Below, one piece after another: positions 21,410 through 31,949 of a stretch of 32,365 nt of DNA. How positions within the stretch are numbered: the stretch's first letter is position 1; every line of letters starts with the position of its first letter. The position numbers and the translations under genes were made by a program. Below the pieces are notes generated by a model that was given only the letters and a program-made list of their open reading frames with translations, made no database searches and was not told the origin of the DNA. Origin of the DNA: Octopus bimaculoides (taxonomy: Eukaryota); assembly GCF_001194135.2 (NCBI RefSeq), contig NC_068982.1, forward strand, positions 5,848,352 through 5,880,716, in the 5' to 3' direction.

Positions 21410-22850
21410 TTCTTTGCAGGTTCAATGTAATGCTACCTTAAAAAAAACAGTTGCCGAACGTTTAGTCATTACATCATTACACTTTTTTACTTTGAAGAAA
21501 GACAGCAAATGAACCCATGTTCCATACTTTTTGCAAGTACTCCTTCCCATTTTGGACGATCCACCTGAGTCATTGCGGTATCTTTTAACAGACGCAGACG
21601 AAGAATGCCGGCACTTCCGGAGCAACATGAGAGAGTATAACTGCGCCTTTCAGATGACATCATTTGGTGCGAATATCGTTAGGGAAGGCGGCTTCATGCC
21701 TACATTTAAAATTCAGGGGCAGATTTACCACAGAATTGGACCCCTTCTACTCGCTGCCAACGAAACACCGTAGTTCCTCCAGGTGTATTTTGTCGGTGAC
21801 TACGAAACACAGGCGACACGCCGAAGAGCTATTTCCCCCGGCACAAGTTTTGAAGTAATTATTCAACTCCAGAAAATGTTGCACATGCATTACTCTTACA
21901 TAAAGAGCTTTAAGTATGCCTTGGAATTTCTATTAGTGCCGGACTTCACAGTGGTTATCAACGCTGACAAACGGCCGGCAAACGACCATTCTGGTCGCTA
22001 CAATGCGCCCAATTACAACGAAATTGTCATTGTGCTCGGCGGAGAACAGCACAACCCCAGAAGCATTGTTCTTTCGTGCCGTGACCAAACTGTAAAGCGC
22101 ATCAACGAGACACACAGAGCATACGACGCACTCCAGTATCCACTTCCTTTTGTGCGCGGAGAAGATGGCTACCACTTGGGTCTTCACCAGCGGGTGCCGC
22201 GCAGACAAAATGAAACGAGTACCAAACAAGTTTCGTGCATACAGGTCTACTCGTACCTCTTCATGCTCCATCACGACTGCACTAACCACCTCCAGTGATC
22301 GTGCGACCTGTTCCACCAATTTGCCGTCGATGTTTGGGCAAAAATGGAATCTGAGAGGTTATCCTATATCAGGTTTGACCAGCAGAAACTTCGATTAGAC
22401 AGCTACATCCATCTTAGGGATGGTCTCAGCAATGACGTATCACCCGGAGGGTTGGGTCAGGTGTGCATCTTGCCGTTATCTTTCACTGGCGGCCCACGCT
22501 ACATGCACGAAAAAATGCAATGACATACGTCCGCTACTACGAGCGTCCTGACTTATTTATTACCTTCACCTGTAATCCTAGGTGGGGTGGGGGAGATTAG
22601 AATAGAACTTTTTCAGGGTCTGCAGGCCAAAGACAGACATGATCTCATTGCGCGGGTCTTCCATTTGAAGTTACACAAACTCATGAACTTCATCACCAAA
22701 GGCCAAATATTTGGCCCCGTGCATTGCAACATGTATACCGTTGAATGGCAGAAAAGGGGTCTGAGATTAAATTTGATAATTGCCTCGGCAGAGTATACAC
22801 GGTTTACCCGGGCCAACAAGAATGCTTCTACCTCCGATTGCTGCTTCACG
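21410..22850 (+). mobile_element. Helitron RepHel N-terminal/Rep fragment (Helitron_like_N region), degenerate and internally deleted
   Basis: YNCAFQMTSFGA, FKIQGQIYHRIG, YDALQYPL, LFHQFAVD, ILPLSFTGGPRYM, RPDLFITFTCNP, RHDLIARVF, YTVEWQKRGL (ends about 22763), then LGRVYTVYPGQQECFYLRLLL. Confidence 0.9.
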
Positions 22851-23072
22851 AGTGTTATTGCTAGTCTTTTTATAAAATTCTGATAATGTTATAAAACGAA
22901 TAAATTATTTATTAATGAATTTTCCTGGTGTTGAGTTGTCCTGGCGTTGAGTCGGCGATGTTGAGTCGGCGATGTTGAGTCGGCGATGTTGAGTCGGCGA
23001 TGTTGAGTCGGCGATGTTGAGTTGGTGGTGGTGAGTTGTCCCTATTCGTTACATGCATACATGAATTTATGC

Positions 23073-23103
<31 letters not shown>

Positions 23104-23105
23104 CA

Positions 23106-24895
23106 TCTTAGTGGATGACATGAAAATTTATGCTACAAATGTTAACAATGCCAAAAACAACTGGAATTAATAACAATTCCAGCATGGAATTTGGCCGAAA
23201 GAAATGTCAACATTTGATTGTCGAATGGGGGAATCAGTCCCCAAACCCCAAACCTGAACATCAATGGTCTTTTCTTCTCTCCTGTTCCATACAAAGAATA
23301 CAACAAAAACCTTGACATCAATGAAACATATCTTATTAAGTTGTTGTGAATGACGACAGCGTGACTCGATAATTTCGACCCAGACGCAGAAAATATGGTC
23401 ATCGGATCTTTTCTCCGGCAACAAGACAATATCCCACAATGCATTTGCAGCAGAGCCAGTACTAATTCCAATATTTAGGATACTTAGGCAGCGAGATGGC
23501 AGGAACGTTAGCGGTATTTTGTCTGTCTTAATGACGTTCTGAGTTCAAATTCCGCCGATGTCGACTTTGCCTTTCATCCTTTCGGGGTCGATAAATTAAG
23601 TACCAGTTGCGTACTGGGGTCGATCTAATCGATTGGCTCTCTCCCAAAATTTCGGGCCTTGTGCCTAAAGTAGAAAAGAATATTTAGGATACTTGATTGG
23701 TCTGTAGACATTAAAGCCCTTCAAAATCCTGACATCAACTGAGACTTCAAGCCGGAACAGTGATATCGACAGGCTCTACCAAAGAGATGAAGGAGGTGGA
23801 AGCTCTAGACCAGTGCAGAGAACCTTTGAATGCCGCATAATCTCCCAGACAACGCCTGTTAAGCAACGGATGCAAAACTTAATACATAAACTTAATACAT
23901 AAACTTAATACATAAACAACGTCCTACGTGGTACCAACGACTTCCTCGAAAGCACTCTCTCCTACGCAATCTCTCAGTCAACCCCAAAATAGCTGAATTA
24001 ACAAACCTCAGCATAACACAAAAAAAAACATGATCTATGCATGTGGATGTTTCCTGTATATTCAGAGGAGACGGTAATATAGACAAAAAGTCTCTTGAAG
24101 TTGTGAGAATTACATCTTATCACTCTTCGAAGGCTACACATTTGCAATCCAAGGACAAGAGATCACTACAAAATATCTAATAAACAGACATTGAGGCCCT
24201 AGGAGCCTCAGGATGCAACGGAAAATGTAGATTGTTACATTGCTGTGGAAGGCATCGCACATGTCACCAAGATACTGCCTTCCTATGCGACATGGCGTTG
24301 TCTCTAAAATAATATACGATGCCTTAAAAAGAAAAGACTGCCCTGTGATAGATAGACAGACTTCTCCACTGAACGTGAATGCATACACAAACATCAACAC
24401 AAAGAATATTGGTGGAACGTTCCCATCAAAACATACGTTAAGTGTAAACATAACAGGCCGGATATTATTGTTTGGGATGGACAAGAAAAGTATGTACTAT
24501 TAGAGAGGTCAGTTGTCCTGCTGACGTGAATATCTTTTTGAAGATCAAAGAAAAAGAGGATTACTTCGGACAATCTTCAGCTTCTATATCCTGATTATAA
24601 ATTCACATTTAGACCAATAATAAATGGTGCACTTGATTTTGTGAGTAAATGCCGAAGTGGGAATCTGGATAAGATTAGGTCTTCAGAAAAAGAAATCAAC
24701 CAGCTAATTCGCACGTTATAGACGCAGTCTGTAAGTGGGTGGAATGGGTGGGTGGGGGGAAGGAAAGGTCATTCACAAGTTTAAAATGTGAATTTGTTTT
24801 TGTTGTCGACATTCCAACGATGGAGCTTTCTGTCTTCGTTAGAAACCAGCTCCTTCATCAGAGAAGGATTTCAAATAATTAAAAACATAAGAGAA
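23106..24895 (+). mobile_element. RLE-type (R4/Dong-like) LINE, 5'-truncated at the RT catalytic motif (copy D), carrying a SINE insertion
   Basis: LVDDMKIYA (23108), SMEFGRKKC, IWSSDL...NKTISHNAFA..PVL..ILDW, IDRLY..EGGG, FAIQGQEITTKYL, RHGVVSKIIY, WWNVPIKT..KHNRPDIIVWD, SCPADVNI. Many frameshifts. Confidence 0.8.
23486..23678 (+). mobile_element. SINE family 1 copy with 16-bp TSD, inserted in RLE LINE copy D
   Basis: AATATTTAGGATACTT at 23470-23485 and 23679-23694; the LINE reading frame continues across when the SINE is removed. Confidence 0.9.
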
Positions 24896-25052
24896 CACAC
24901 ACACTCGCGCGCGCACACACACACATACACACGCAAATACGCACGCGCACATACATGCACACACATGTATGTATGTATGATATATGAAAGAAATTGTCGT
25001 ATACAACGCTCAGGTGCACTTCAACTAAAAAAAAAAAACAAAGGAAGGGCCA

Positions 25053-26900
25053 TCAGGTGTATTGTTCGTGGAGTTCAGAAAGCATGGAAGTTATGGAGGA
25101 TGTAGTGTCTCGACAGCTAACGACTGATGCAGGTGATTTAGACCATGCTTCAAGAGATCTGAGCGTGCAAAAATGTTTCCGAAAGTGATGGGTGCTGTGT
25201 TGTCTTTGGATTTTCTGAATATGCCTACGAGTGTTTGACATATGGAATTCAAAAGGGTGCCCAAAGTTGTTGTTGGTAAGATGACGAATAATCTTGCGGG
25301 TGTTGTCCAAGTCAGTTACCAGACGTCTGAGCTTCAATGTGTCCATGCCCTGGGAAGCAAGACGTTCAGAGTATGGTAGATACCTGATGGCGGGTATTCG
25401 TTTTGTTGTCCATTTCTGAACAGTTTTCATGAGATTTATATGCTGAGCAAGATAAGGGTTCCATACTGGTGATGCAAATTCTAAGTGTGGACATACCATT
25501 GTCATATACAGTTTTAAATAGACAGCCGGAGAGCGGCTGACAAAGGTCTTACTGAGTGATGCTAGGACAGCCTCAGCTTTCTTGACAATCTTAGAGATGT
25601 GGTTTGTCCAGTGCAGATCACTATTTACAATAATACCCAGATCACGTTCACTAGAAGACCGTTTGAGATTGGTGTTGCTGAGGGAGTATATAAAGGTTGG
25701 GTTTTTCTTTCCGAAATTTATGCTGATGCACTTGTCCACAGTGCGTCAGCATACAGCTAGCTTGAGTTGCCAGTCAGAGATCCATTGCTCCGTTGTGTCC
25801 AGGTCTGATTGCAGAAAAAAATCTAAAGCGCATAGGATCTGTTCATTTTATTTCGAGGTACAGCTTGATGTCTTGTGCATATTTCAACACTGTAACATTC
25901 CTCAAGTTGGCATCTGTGTCATTAATATATGCAACAAACAATATGGATCCAAGAACGGATCCTTGTGGTACACTAGACGTCATCTTGTAGGGTGAAGAAT
26001 GATGTCCTAGAACCGTAACTCCTTCTTTCCGATCGAGAATGAAGGACTTCAGCCAGTTACAGAGATCATCTTTCACACCAATTGCAGAGAGTTTTGCCAT
26101 GAGTCGTTTGTGTGGCACAGAATAGAAGGCTTTAGCAAAGTCAAAGTAGATAGCAACCACCAATGAGCCACCATCAGTAACTCGGGTGATGCCCTCAAGA
26201 AACTCGATGAGCTGGCTATAGCAGCTGGAGTTAGGGATAAATCCAAATTGTGAGGGTCGAATAAGGCTGTGAGAGCTCCAGAAGTTCCAGAGTGTTTCTA
26301 TGACACAGAACTCTATCACTTTGAGGATTCAGCTAGTGAGACTGACTGGACAGTAGTTGACAAGTGATGTGCGATCACCTTTGTTTGAACAGGGGAACGA
26401 CATTGGCAATTTTCCAGTGCTCTGGAGTGACACAGTAGTGAAGGCAGAATTGAAAGAAGAGTGAAATCTGGTGCAAAAGAAAGAACCCGCCACGTTTGAG
26501 AAGCAAATAAGTAACACCATCAAGACCAGGAAAGGCATTGTTGCGTTTGTTCTTGAGATGGCATCGCAGAATTGCGGGTGTGAATTTCACAGACGTTATG
26601 GAATTTGATGTCAGAGTTAGTAAAGAAGGTACATTGGGATTTTCAACAGTGAAAATGCCAGCATGGCATTCAGCAATAAGCTCAGCACGTTCCTTGGGAA
26701 CATCAGTGATCCGATCTGTGCGGGGATTGTAAAGAGGGCCAACTGGAGAGTGAGATCTCTGTTTCGAACGCACATATTTCCATAACACTTTGCTCTCAGG
26801 ACTGGCTGCTATACGTTGTTCAAACTCAAGCGCTGCTCTTTTTTGTCGCTTGCTTGAGACGGTTGGATGATCTGTTGCGTCGTCTTCTGTTCTCATCTGT
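25053..26900 (-). mobile_element. CR1-clade LINE ORF2 (RT and C-terminus), 5'-truncated, degenerate
   Basis: LWKYVRSK, PGLDGV, WKIANVVPLFK, NYCPVSLTS, SQFGF, YFDFAKAF, VPQGSVLG, catalytic motif mutated to YAQD, ERDLGIIVNSDL, PHLEFASPVWNP, LKLRR. No endonuclease domain seen. Confidence 0.9.
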
Positions 26901-26989
26901 TCTATGCTGTCTGTATTTCTGTTCAGTATCACGACAATCCTTTCTGACAAGTCGAACTGCTGCAGTCTCCCAAACTGCACTTTTTAGAT

Positions 26990-27340
26990 TTTAGGAGTTA
27001 TTTATAAATTGTAAAATACGTGAAAAATGAAAACGAGTATAAAATAAAATTGTACGGTCCTTAACAAACAACAAAACTCTATCACAGATTACATTGAAAC
27101 AATTGTTAACTTTAGACGGCGGTACACAACCCCTCTGGGCTCTTTTAAATCCGATAAACACAATAAATCTACTTCATTAGCCGACTACATACATAACTTT
27201 AAGAAAAAGTATACCGTATGACTTGGTCTATCATTGACACTGGTCTTCCATACCAAGGCCAAAACGCTCCGTATTGGTTATTTTTGAAATATAACCAAAC
27301 ACAATTATTAATCAAACAACACGAAACGTTCTCCTCTTGT
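26990..27340 (+). mobile_element. Penelope-like GIY-YIG endonuclease remnant
   Basis: GVIYK at 26994-27008; YIETIVNFRRRY...SFKSDKHNKSTSLADYI...WSII...PY from 27090 resembles the PLE endonuclease C-terminal half. Confidence 0.55.
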
Positions 27341-27422
27341 ATTTATAAATTCTATAGAACCTTTTGATTTTGCCTCAAATTTAAATACAGTACAACTAAT
27401 CCTTCTATATAATTCCCTTATA

Positions 27423-27806
27423 GTGGAGGCGCAGTGGCCCAATGCTTAGGGCAGCATATTTGCGGTCGTAGGATCGCGGTTTCGATTCCCAGACCGGGCG
27501 TTGTGAGTGTTTATTCAGCGAAAGCACCTAGAGCTCCTCGAGGCTCCGGCAGAGGGTGGTGGTGAACCCTGCTGTACTCTTTCACCACAACTTTCTCTCA
27601 ATCTTTCTTCCTGTTTCTGTTGTATTTGTATTTCAAAGGGCCGGCCTTGTCACACTCTGTCTCACGCTGAATCTCCCCCGAGAACTACGTTAAAGGTATA
27701 CGTGTCTGTGGAGTGCTCAGCCACTTGCACGTTAATTTCACGAGCAGGCTATTCCGTTGATCGGATCAACTGGAACCCACATCGTCGTAACCGACGGAAT
27801 ACCGCG
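27423..27806 (+). mobile_element. tRNA-derived SINE family 2, full length with 12-bp TSD
   Basis: A box GTGGCCCAATGC, B box GTTTCGATTCC; AATTCCCTTATA at 27411-27422 and 27807-27818; second copy at 15159-15485. Confidence 0.85.
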
Positions 27807-27960
27807 AATTCCCTTATACATAATTCTCATTTGCACAAAATAGAGATACTGCATAAGGTTATTTAATTTATTCATTTGGATTAAATTGATATATTTCCTT
27901 TTTATTCTTTAAATATACTTAAAACTTATATACCCCTTTTTAAAAATATATCCTTATTGC

Positions 27961-28025
27961 AAGGCGACGAGCTGGCAGAAACGTTAGCACGCCGGGCGAA
28001 ATGCTTAGCGGTATTTCGTTTGTCT
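27961..28025 (+). mobile_element. SINE family 1 head only
   Basis: Near-perfect consensus up to GCGGTATTTCGT(T)TGTCT, then unrelated sequence. Confidence 0.8.
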
Positions 28026-28255
28026 CTTTTGTTTCTTACGCGTCGCACATGTGTTCGTGGTGAAAATTGCTGTTTCTTAGTGTTATTATTCATAATAACT
28101 GCTGTTTTTAATAACTCCTGTTTTTGTTAAATTGTTGAATTTCGTAACTGTTGGAGTTTCCATTTGAAACCACTAAGTTCTTGTAGAAAGCACGCATTGT
28201 TCATTCCCCTGTTGGGGGGAAGAATGTCGTCTAGCGAGAGGTCTACCGTTGGAAA

Positions 28256-28337
28256 AATGTCTTCTACTATAGCCTCGAGCCGACCAAAGCCTTGTCAGTG
28301 GATTTGGTTGACGGAAACTGAAAGAAGACCGTCGTAT

Positions 28338-28340
<3 letters not shown>
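28256..28340 (+). mobile_element. SINE family 3 body fragment
   Basis: GTCTTCTACTATAGCCTCG.GCCGACCAAAGCCTTG..GTGGATTTGGTTGACGGAAACTG; a reverse-oriented relative lies at about 11230-11287 and a probable tRNA-like head at about 19868-19935. Confidence 0.55.
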
Positions 28341-28370
<30 letters not shown>

Positions 28371-28446
28371 TTGTGTATGAGTGTTTGTGTGTCTGTGTTT
28401 ACGTCCCTGTAACTTAGCAGTTTGGCAAAAGAGACCAATAGAAAAT

Positions 28447-28479
<33 letters not shown>

Positions 28480-28486
28480 AGAATAA

Positions 28487-28572
28487 GTTCTGGGGTCGAT
28501 TTGTTCGACTAAAGGCGGTGCTCCAGCATGGCCGCAGTCAAAATGACTGAAACAAGTAAAAGACTAAAAGAG
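28487..28572 (+). mobile_element. SINE 3' fragment (family 4)
   Basis: GGGGTCGATTTGTTCGACTAAAGGCGGTGCTCCAGCATGGCCGCAGTC...GAAACAAGTAAAAGA tail; recognised from recalled octopus repeats. Confidence 0.45.
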
Positions 28573-28811
28573 ATAATCGTACAGTATGTACGTCACTGAT
28601 TTTAGTTAATGCAATTAAAATAAAGTGTCACTCAACTAATTGTATTAAGTATCACTCCAACTAACCATATTACGTGCTCCGATAAAAGGATATATTCAAA
28701 GAATTATTTAGACAATGTATTTCAATTAATAAATTCCCGCCTCAAAAGCAACTAATTAATGGAAATATGTGTAGAATCCGGTGCACTACGTCCCATCTTC
28801 AGTTTAATATA

Positions 28812-29066
28812 TTTGATTGGTGCATAATTATTGCGGATTTTTTTCAACACATTTTATTCAACAAAAGCAATAACGATATTTAACAAGAAACATCTTTAAA
28901 TGACGTCTGACCGTCTGTCAAGCAAATGGGAAGCAATAATTGAAGTAGATGGTGAATATGCTCCGGAATAATAATTTTAAGATTTTTTTGTTACATGTTG
29001 TTATTGTTTTTGTTGAATAAAATTTGTTGAAAAAAAAAAAGCCTCAATAATTATGCACCAACCCAA
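28812..29066 (+). mobile_element. mariner-derived MITE, copy 1
   Basis: Long TIRs beginning TTG(G/A)TTGGTGCATAATTATTGCG (Hsmar1/MADE1-like), TA on both sides; internal DRLSSKWEAIIEVDGEYAPE* resembles a transposase C-terminus. Confidence 0.85.
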
Positions 29067-29074
29067 TACTTTTC

Positions 29075-29135
29075 AAGGCGGTGAGCTGGCAGAAACGTTA
29101 GTACGCCGGGCGAAATGCTTAGCGGTATTTCGTCT
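29075..29135 (+). mobile_element. SINE family 1 head only, abutting a Tx1-like LINE 5' end
   Basis: Consensus up to GCGGTATTTCGTCT, then the LINE 5' UTR. Confidence 0.8.
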
Positions 29136-30027
29136 CTGTGAGTTGTACGAGCTTCTTTGTTTGACTATATTGTGTACTTGTTTGTGCTGCGCTTGCAGCG
29201 GTTTTTGAGTTGTTGTGCCGTCTGTCGGTAGTACTGAGAGATGGCCGGTGGAAGACGAGTATATTCGGACCTGAGCGAGACTGAGTTGTCCTCTTCGGAA
29301 GAGGAACTGGTTAAGGCAACAAAGATGTTGGATGCATGTTTGAAAGAGAAAAGTTTTGCAGAGGCAACCGAGATGAGAAGGAAGAAAATAAACCTCGAAA
29401 ATATGGAAAGAGACAGTAGAATGGCTGTAAAGGTGGAGAACGACGTGAGGCTGTCCCTACCGCAGACAAGGATGGAGGAAATACAAAAGAAGATGGTAAC
29501 TTATAAAGTTTACTCAGTTGAGAAAAAGAGAATCGACCACATGGAGGAGAGAGAGATGGACAAAGCGCTGAAGACAGTCTGGCCAGTGGATGAAAGTTCG
29601 GGACGATTGTCGTCCATTAAAAAACAGAGGAAAGAGCGATAGGCCACGCTACCAAAGTGTTAAAAACGGAAAAGGCAGTCCTCCCGCCGTCTTACATGGG
29701 CAAGAGGATTGGCAAAATCAAAATGGAAGGGATTCCCCCTGAAATCGATGCGGTTTGGGTGGTGGAGGCTATCTTTATTGAAAGAGAAAAAGAGGTGAAG
29801 GTGGTTCAAGCAGAAGTGATGGAAGGGACAAATCGTCAAAATTACCGTCCAAGCTGAGATGGAGGTCCTCGAAGTGCTACCCGAGAACCTGTGGATTGGG
29901 GATTTGAGCCTGAAAGTGTGGGTGGAGGGCAGGATTCCTCGCTGTTTTAAATGTGGCCTGAAATAACTGCCCTCCACCACCCAAAATGGTAGAAGAGCGA
30001 CAACCACCACCACAGGAGAGGATACAA
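29136..30027 (+). mobile_element. Tx1/L1-like LINE 5' UTR and ORF1 (degenerate), running into a gap
   Basis: ATG at 29241. VLKTEKAVLPPSYMGKRIGKIKMEGIPPEIDAVWV is homologous to the 17.9 kb ORF1; VWVEGRIPRCFKCGLK is the start of a zinc knuckle; stops and frameshifts present. Confidence 0.65.
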
Positions 30028-30896
30028 NNNNNNNNNNNNNNNNNNNNNNNNNNNNNNNNNNNNNNNNNNNNNNNNNNNNNNNNNNNNNNNNNNNNNNNNN
30101 NNNNNNNNNNNNNNNNNNNNNNNNNNNNNNNNNNNNNNNNNNNNNNNNNNNNNNNNNNNNNNNNNNNNNNNNNNNNNNNNNNNNNNNNNNNNNNNNNNNN
30201 NNNNNNNNNNNNNNNNNNNNNNNNNNNNNNNNNNNNNNNNNNNNNNNNNNNNNNNNNNNNNNNNNNNNNNNNNNNNNNNNNNNNNNNNNNNNNNNNNNNN
30301 NNNNNNNNNNNNNNNNNNNNNNNNNNNNNNNNNNNNNNNNNNNNNNNNNNNNNNNNNNNNNNNNNNNNNNNNNNNNNNNNNNNNNNNNNNNNNNNNNNNN
30401 NNNNNNNNNNNNNNNNNNNNNNNNNNNNNNNNNNNNNNNNNNNNNNNNNNNNNNNNNNNNNNNNNNNNNNNNNNNNNNNNNNNNNNNNNNNNNNNNNNNN
30501 NNNNNNNNNNNNNNNNNNNNNNNNNNNNNNNNNNNNNNNNNNNNNNNNNNNNNNNNNNNNNNNNNNNNNNNNNNNNNNNNNNNNNNNNNNNNNNNNNNNN
30601 NNNNNNNNNNNNNNNNNNNNNNNNNNNNNNNNNNNNNNNNNNNNNNNNNNNNNNNNNNNNNNNNNNNNNNNNNNNNNNNNNNNNNNNNNNNNNNNNNNNN
30701 NNNNNNNNNNNNNNNNNNNNNNNNNNNNNNNNNNNNNNNNNNNNNNNNNNNNNNNNNNNNNNNNNNNNNNNNNNNNNNNNNNNNNNNNNNNNNNNNNNNN
30801 NNNNNNNNNNNNNNNNNNNNNNNNNNNNNNNNNNNNNNNNNNNNNNNNNNNNNNNNNNNNNNNNNNNNNNNNNNNNNNNNNNNNNNNNNNNNNNNN

Positions 30897-30990
<94 letters not shown>

Positions 30991-30999
30991 AAATTTTGA

Positions 31000-31055
31000 A
31001 TTTAGATCACGGACCCTCAGTACTACCTTTGCGGACCCCAGGTTGGGAACCACTG
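31000..31055. mobile_element. hAT (Charlie-like) terminal fragment
   Basis: GGACCCCAGGTTGGGAACCACTG ending at 31055, the reverse complement of the CAGTGGTTCCCAACC end. Confidence 0.45.
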
Positions 31056-31369
31056 CCCCAGGTACATAATTTTTCTGCTACTCGGACCTGACCATATCAT
31101 TTAATACCCACATTAGTTTTGCGTTCGGCAATTTAATTAAGTTCATGAAATGTGTTTGATCTGAAGAAGTAAAACAGCCACAATGAACGTAATCAACTCC
31201 AGCAGAGGAAATGAGTCAACGAATGAAGCTTTTTTGTGTTTTTCGTCTCTCTCATTCATGAAAATGCATCAATACTCAAGCAACATGCTGCCGACTTGGA
31301 AAACAACAAGTTTGCTCCAATCAAGCAACTACTGTTCAACAAGCACAAGTCCAGAGGATACAACAACTA

Positions 31370-31614
31370 CTGGGTTGGTGCATAATTATTGCGGATTTAT
31401 TTCAACAAATTTTATTCAACAAAGACAATAACAATATTTAACAAAAACATCTTTAAATGACCATCTGACCTTCTGCCAAGCAAATGGGAAGCAGTAATTG
31501 AAGTAGATGGTGAACATGCTCCGGAATAATCATTTAAAGATGTTTCTGTTACGTTATTGCTTTTGTTGAATAAAATTTATTGAAAAAAAGCTGCAATAAT
31601 TATACACCAACCCA

Positions 31615-31615
<1 letters not shown>
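31370..31615 (+). mobile_element. mariner-derived MITE, copy 2
   Basis: TA|CTGGGTTGGTGCATAATTATTGCGG ... GCAATAATTATACACCAACCCAA|TA; colinear with copy 1. Confidence 0.85.
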
Positions 31616-31684
<69 letters not shown>

Positions 31685-31699
31685 GGATGGATAGATAGA
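31616..31699. repeat. (GATA)n between two mariner MITEs
   Basis: Direct inspection. Confidence 0.97.
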
Positions 31700-31949
31700 T
31701 TGATTTGGTGCATCATTATTGCAGCTGTTTTTCAACAAATTTTATTCAACAAAAACAATATTTAACAAAAACACCTTTAAATGATGGTCTGACCGTCTGC
31801 CAAGCAAATGGGAAGCAGTAATTGAAGTGGATGGTGACTATGCTTCGGAATAATCATTTAAAATTGTTTTTGTTTAAAAATGTTGTTATTGTTTTTGTTG
31901 AATAAAATTTGTTGGAAAAAAAAGCTGCAATAATTATGCAACAACCCAA
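31700..31949 (+). mobile_element. mariner-derived MITE, copy 3
   Basis: Colinear with copies 1 and 2; ends GCAATAATTATGCAACAACCCAA|TA; separated from copy 2 only by (GATA)n. Confidence 0.85.

Larger units (their letters stand above)
20728..23042. mobile_element. Foldback-type TIR element (about 175-bp inverted repeats with internal 14-bp tandem subrepeats) enclosing the Helitron fragment
   Basis: 20728-20902 is the imperfect reverse complement of 22866-23042 (GGACAACTC...ACTCAACGCCAGG..AAATT..TTAA.AAATAA.TTATT...ATAACAT.ATCAGAA). The right arm has 5 perfect GTTGAGTCGGCGAT copies (22946-23015). No clear TSD. Confidence 0.75.

Noticed and set aside
22946-23015. CRISPR-like array
   Set aside because: Eukaryotic context, 14-bp repeats with no spacers; part of a TIR.
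20728-23042. Helentron-type subterminal inverted repeats as the explanation of the Helitron flanks
   Set aside because: Helentron subTIRs are short and asymmetric; these are about 175-bp symmetric, tandemly structured arms.
27423-27495. tRNA gene (also other SINE heads, and 3935-3990)
   Set aside because: A/B boxes continue into a SINE body with a TSD or into multi-copy repeats; no intact cloverleaf evident.
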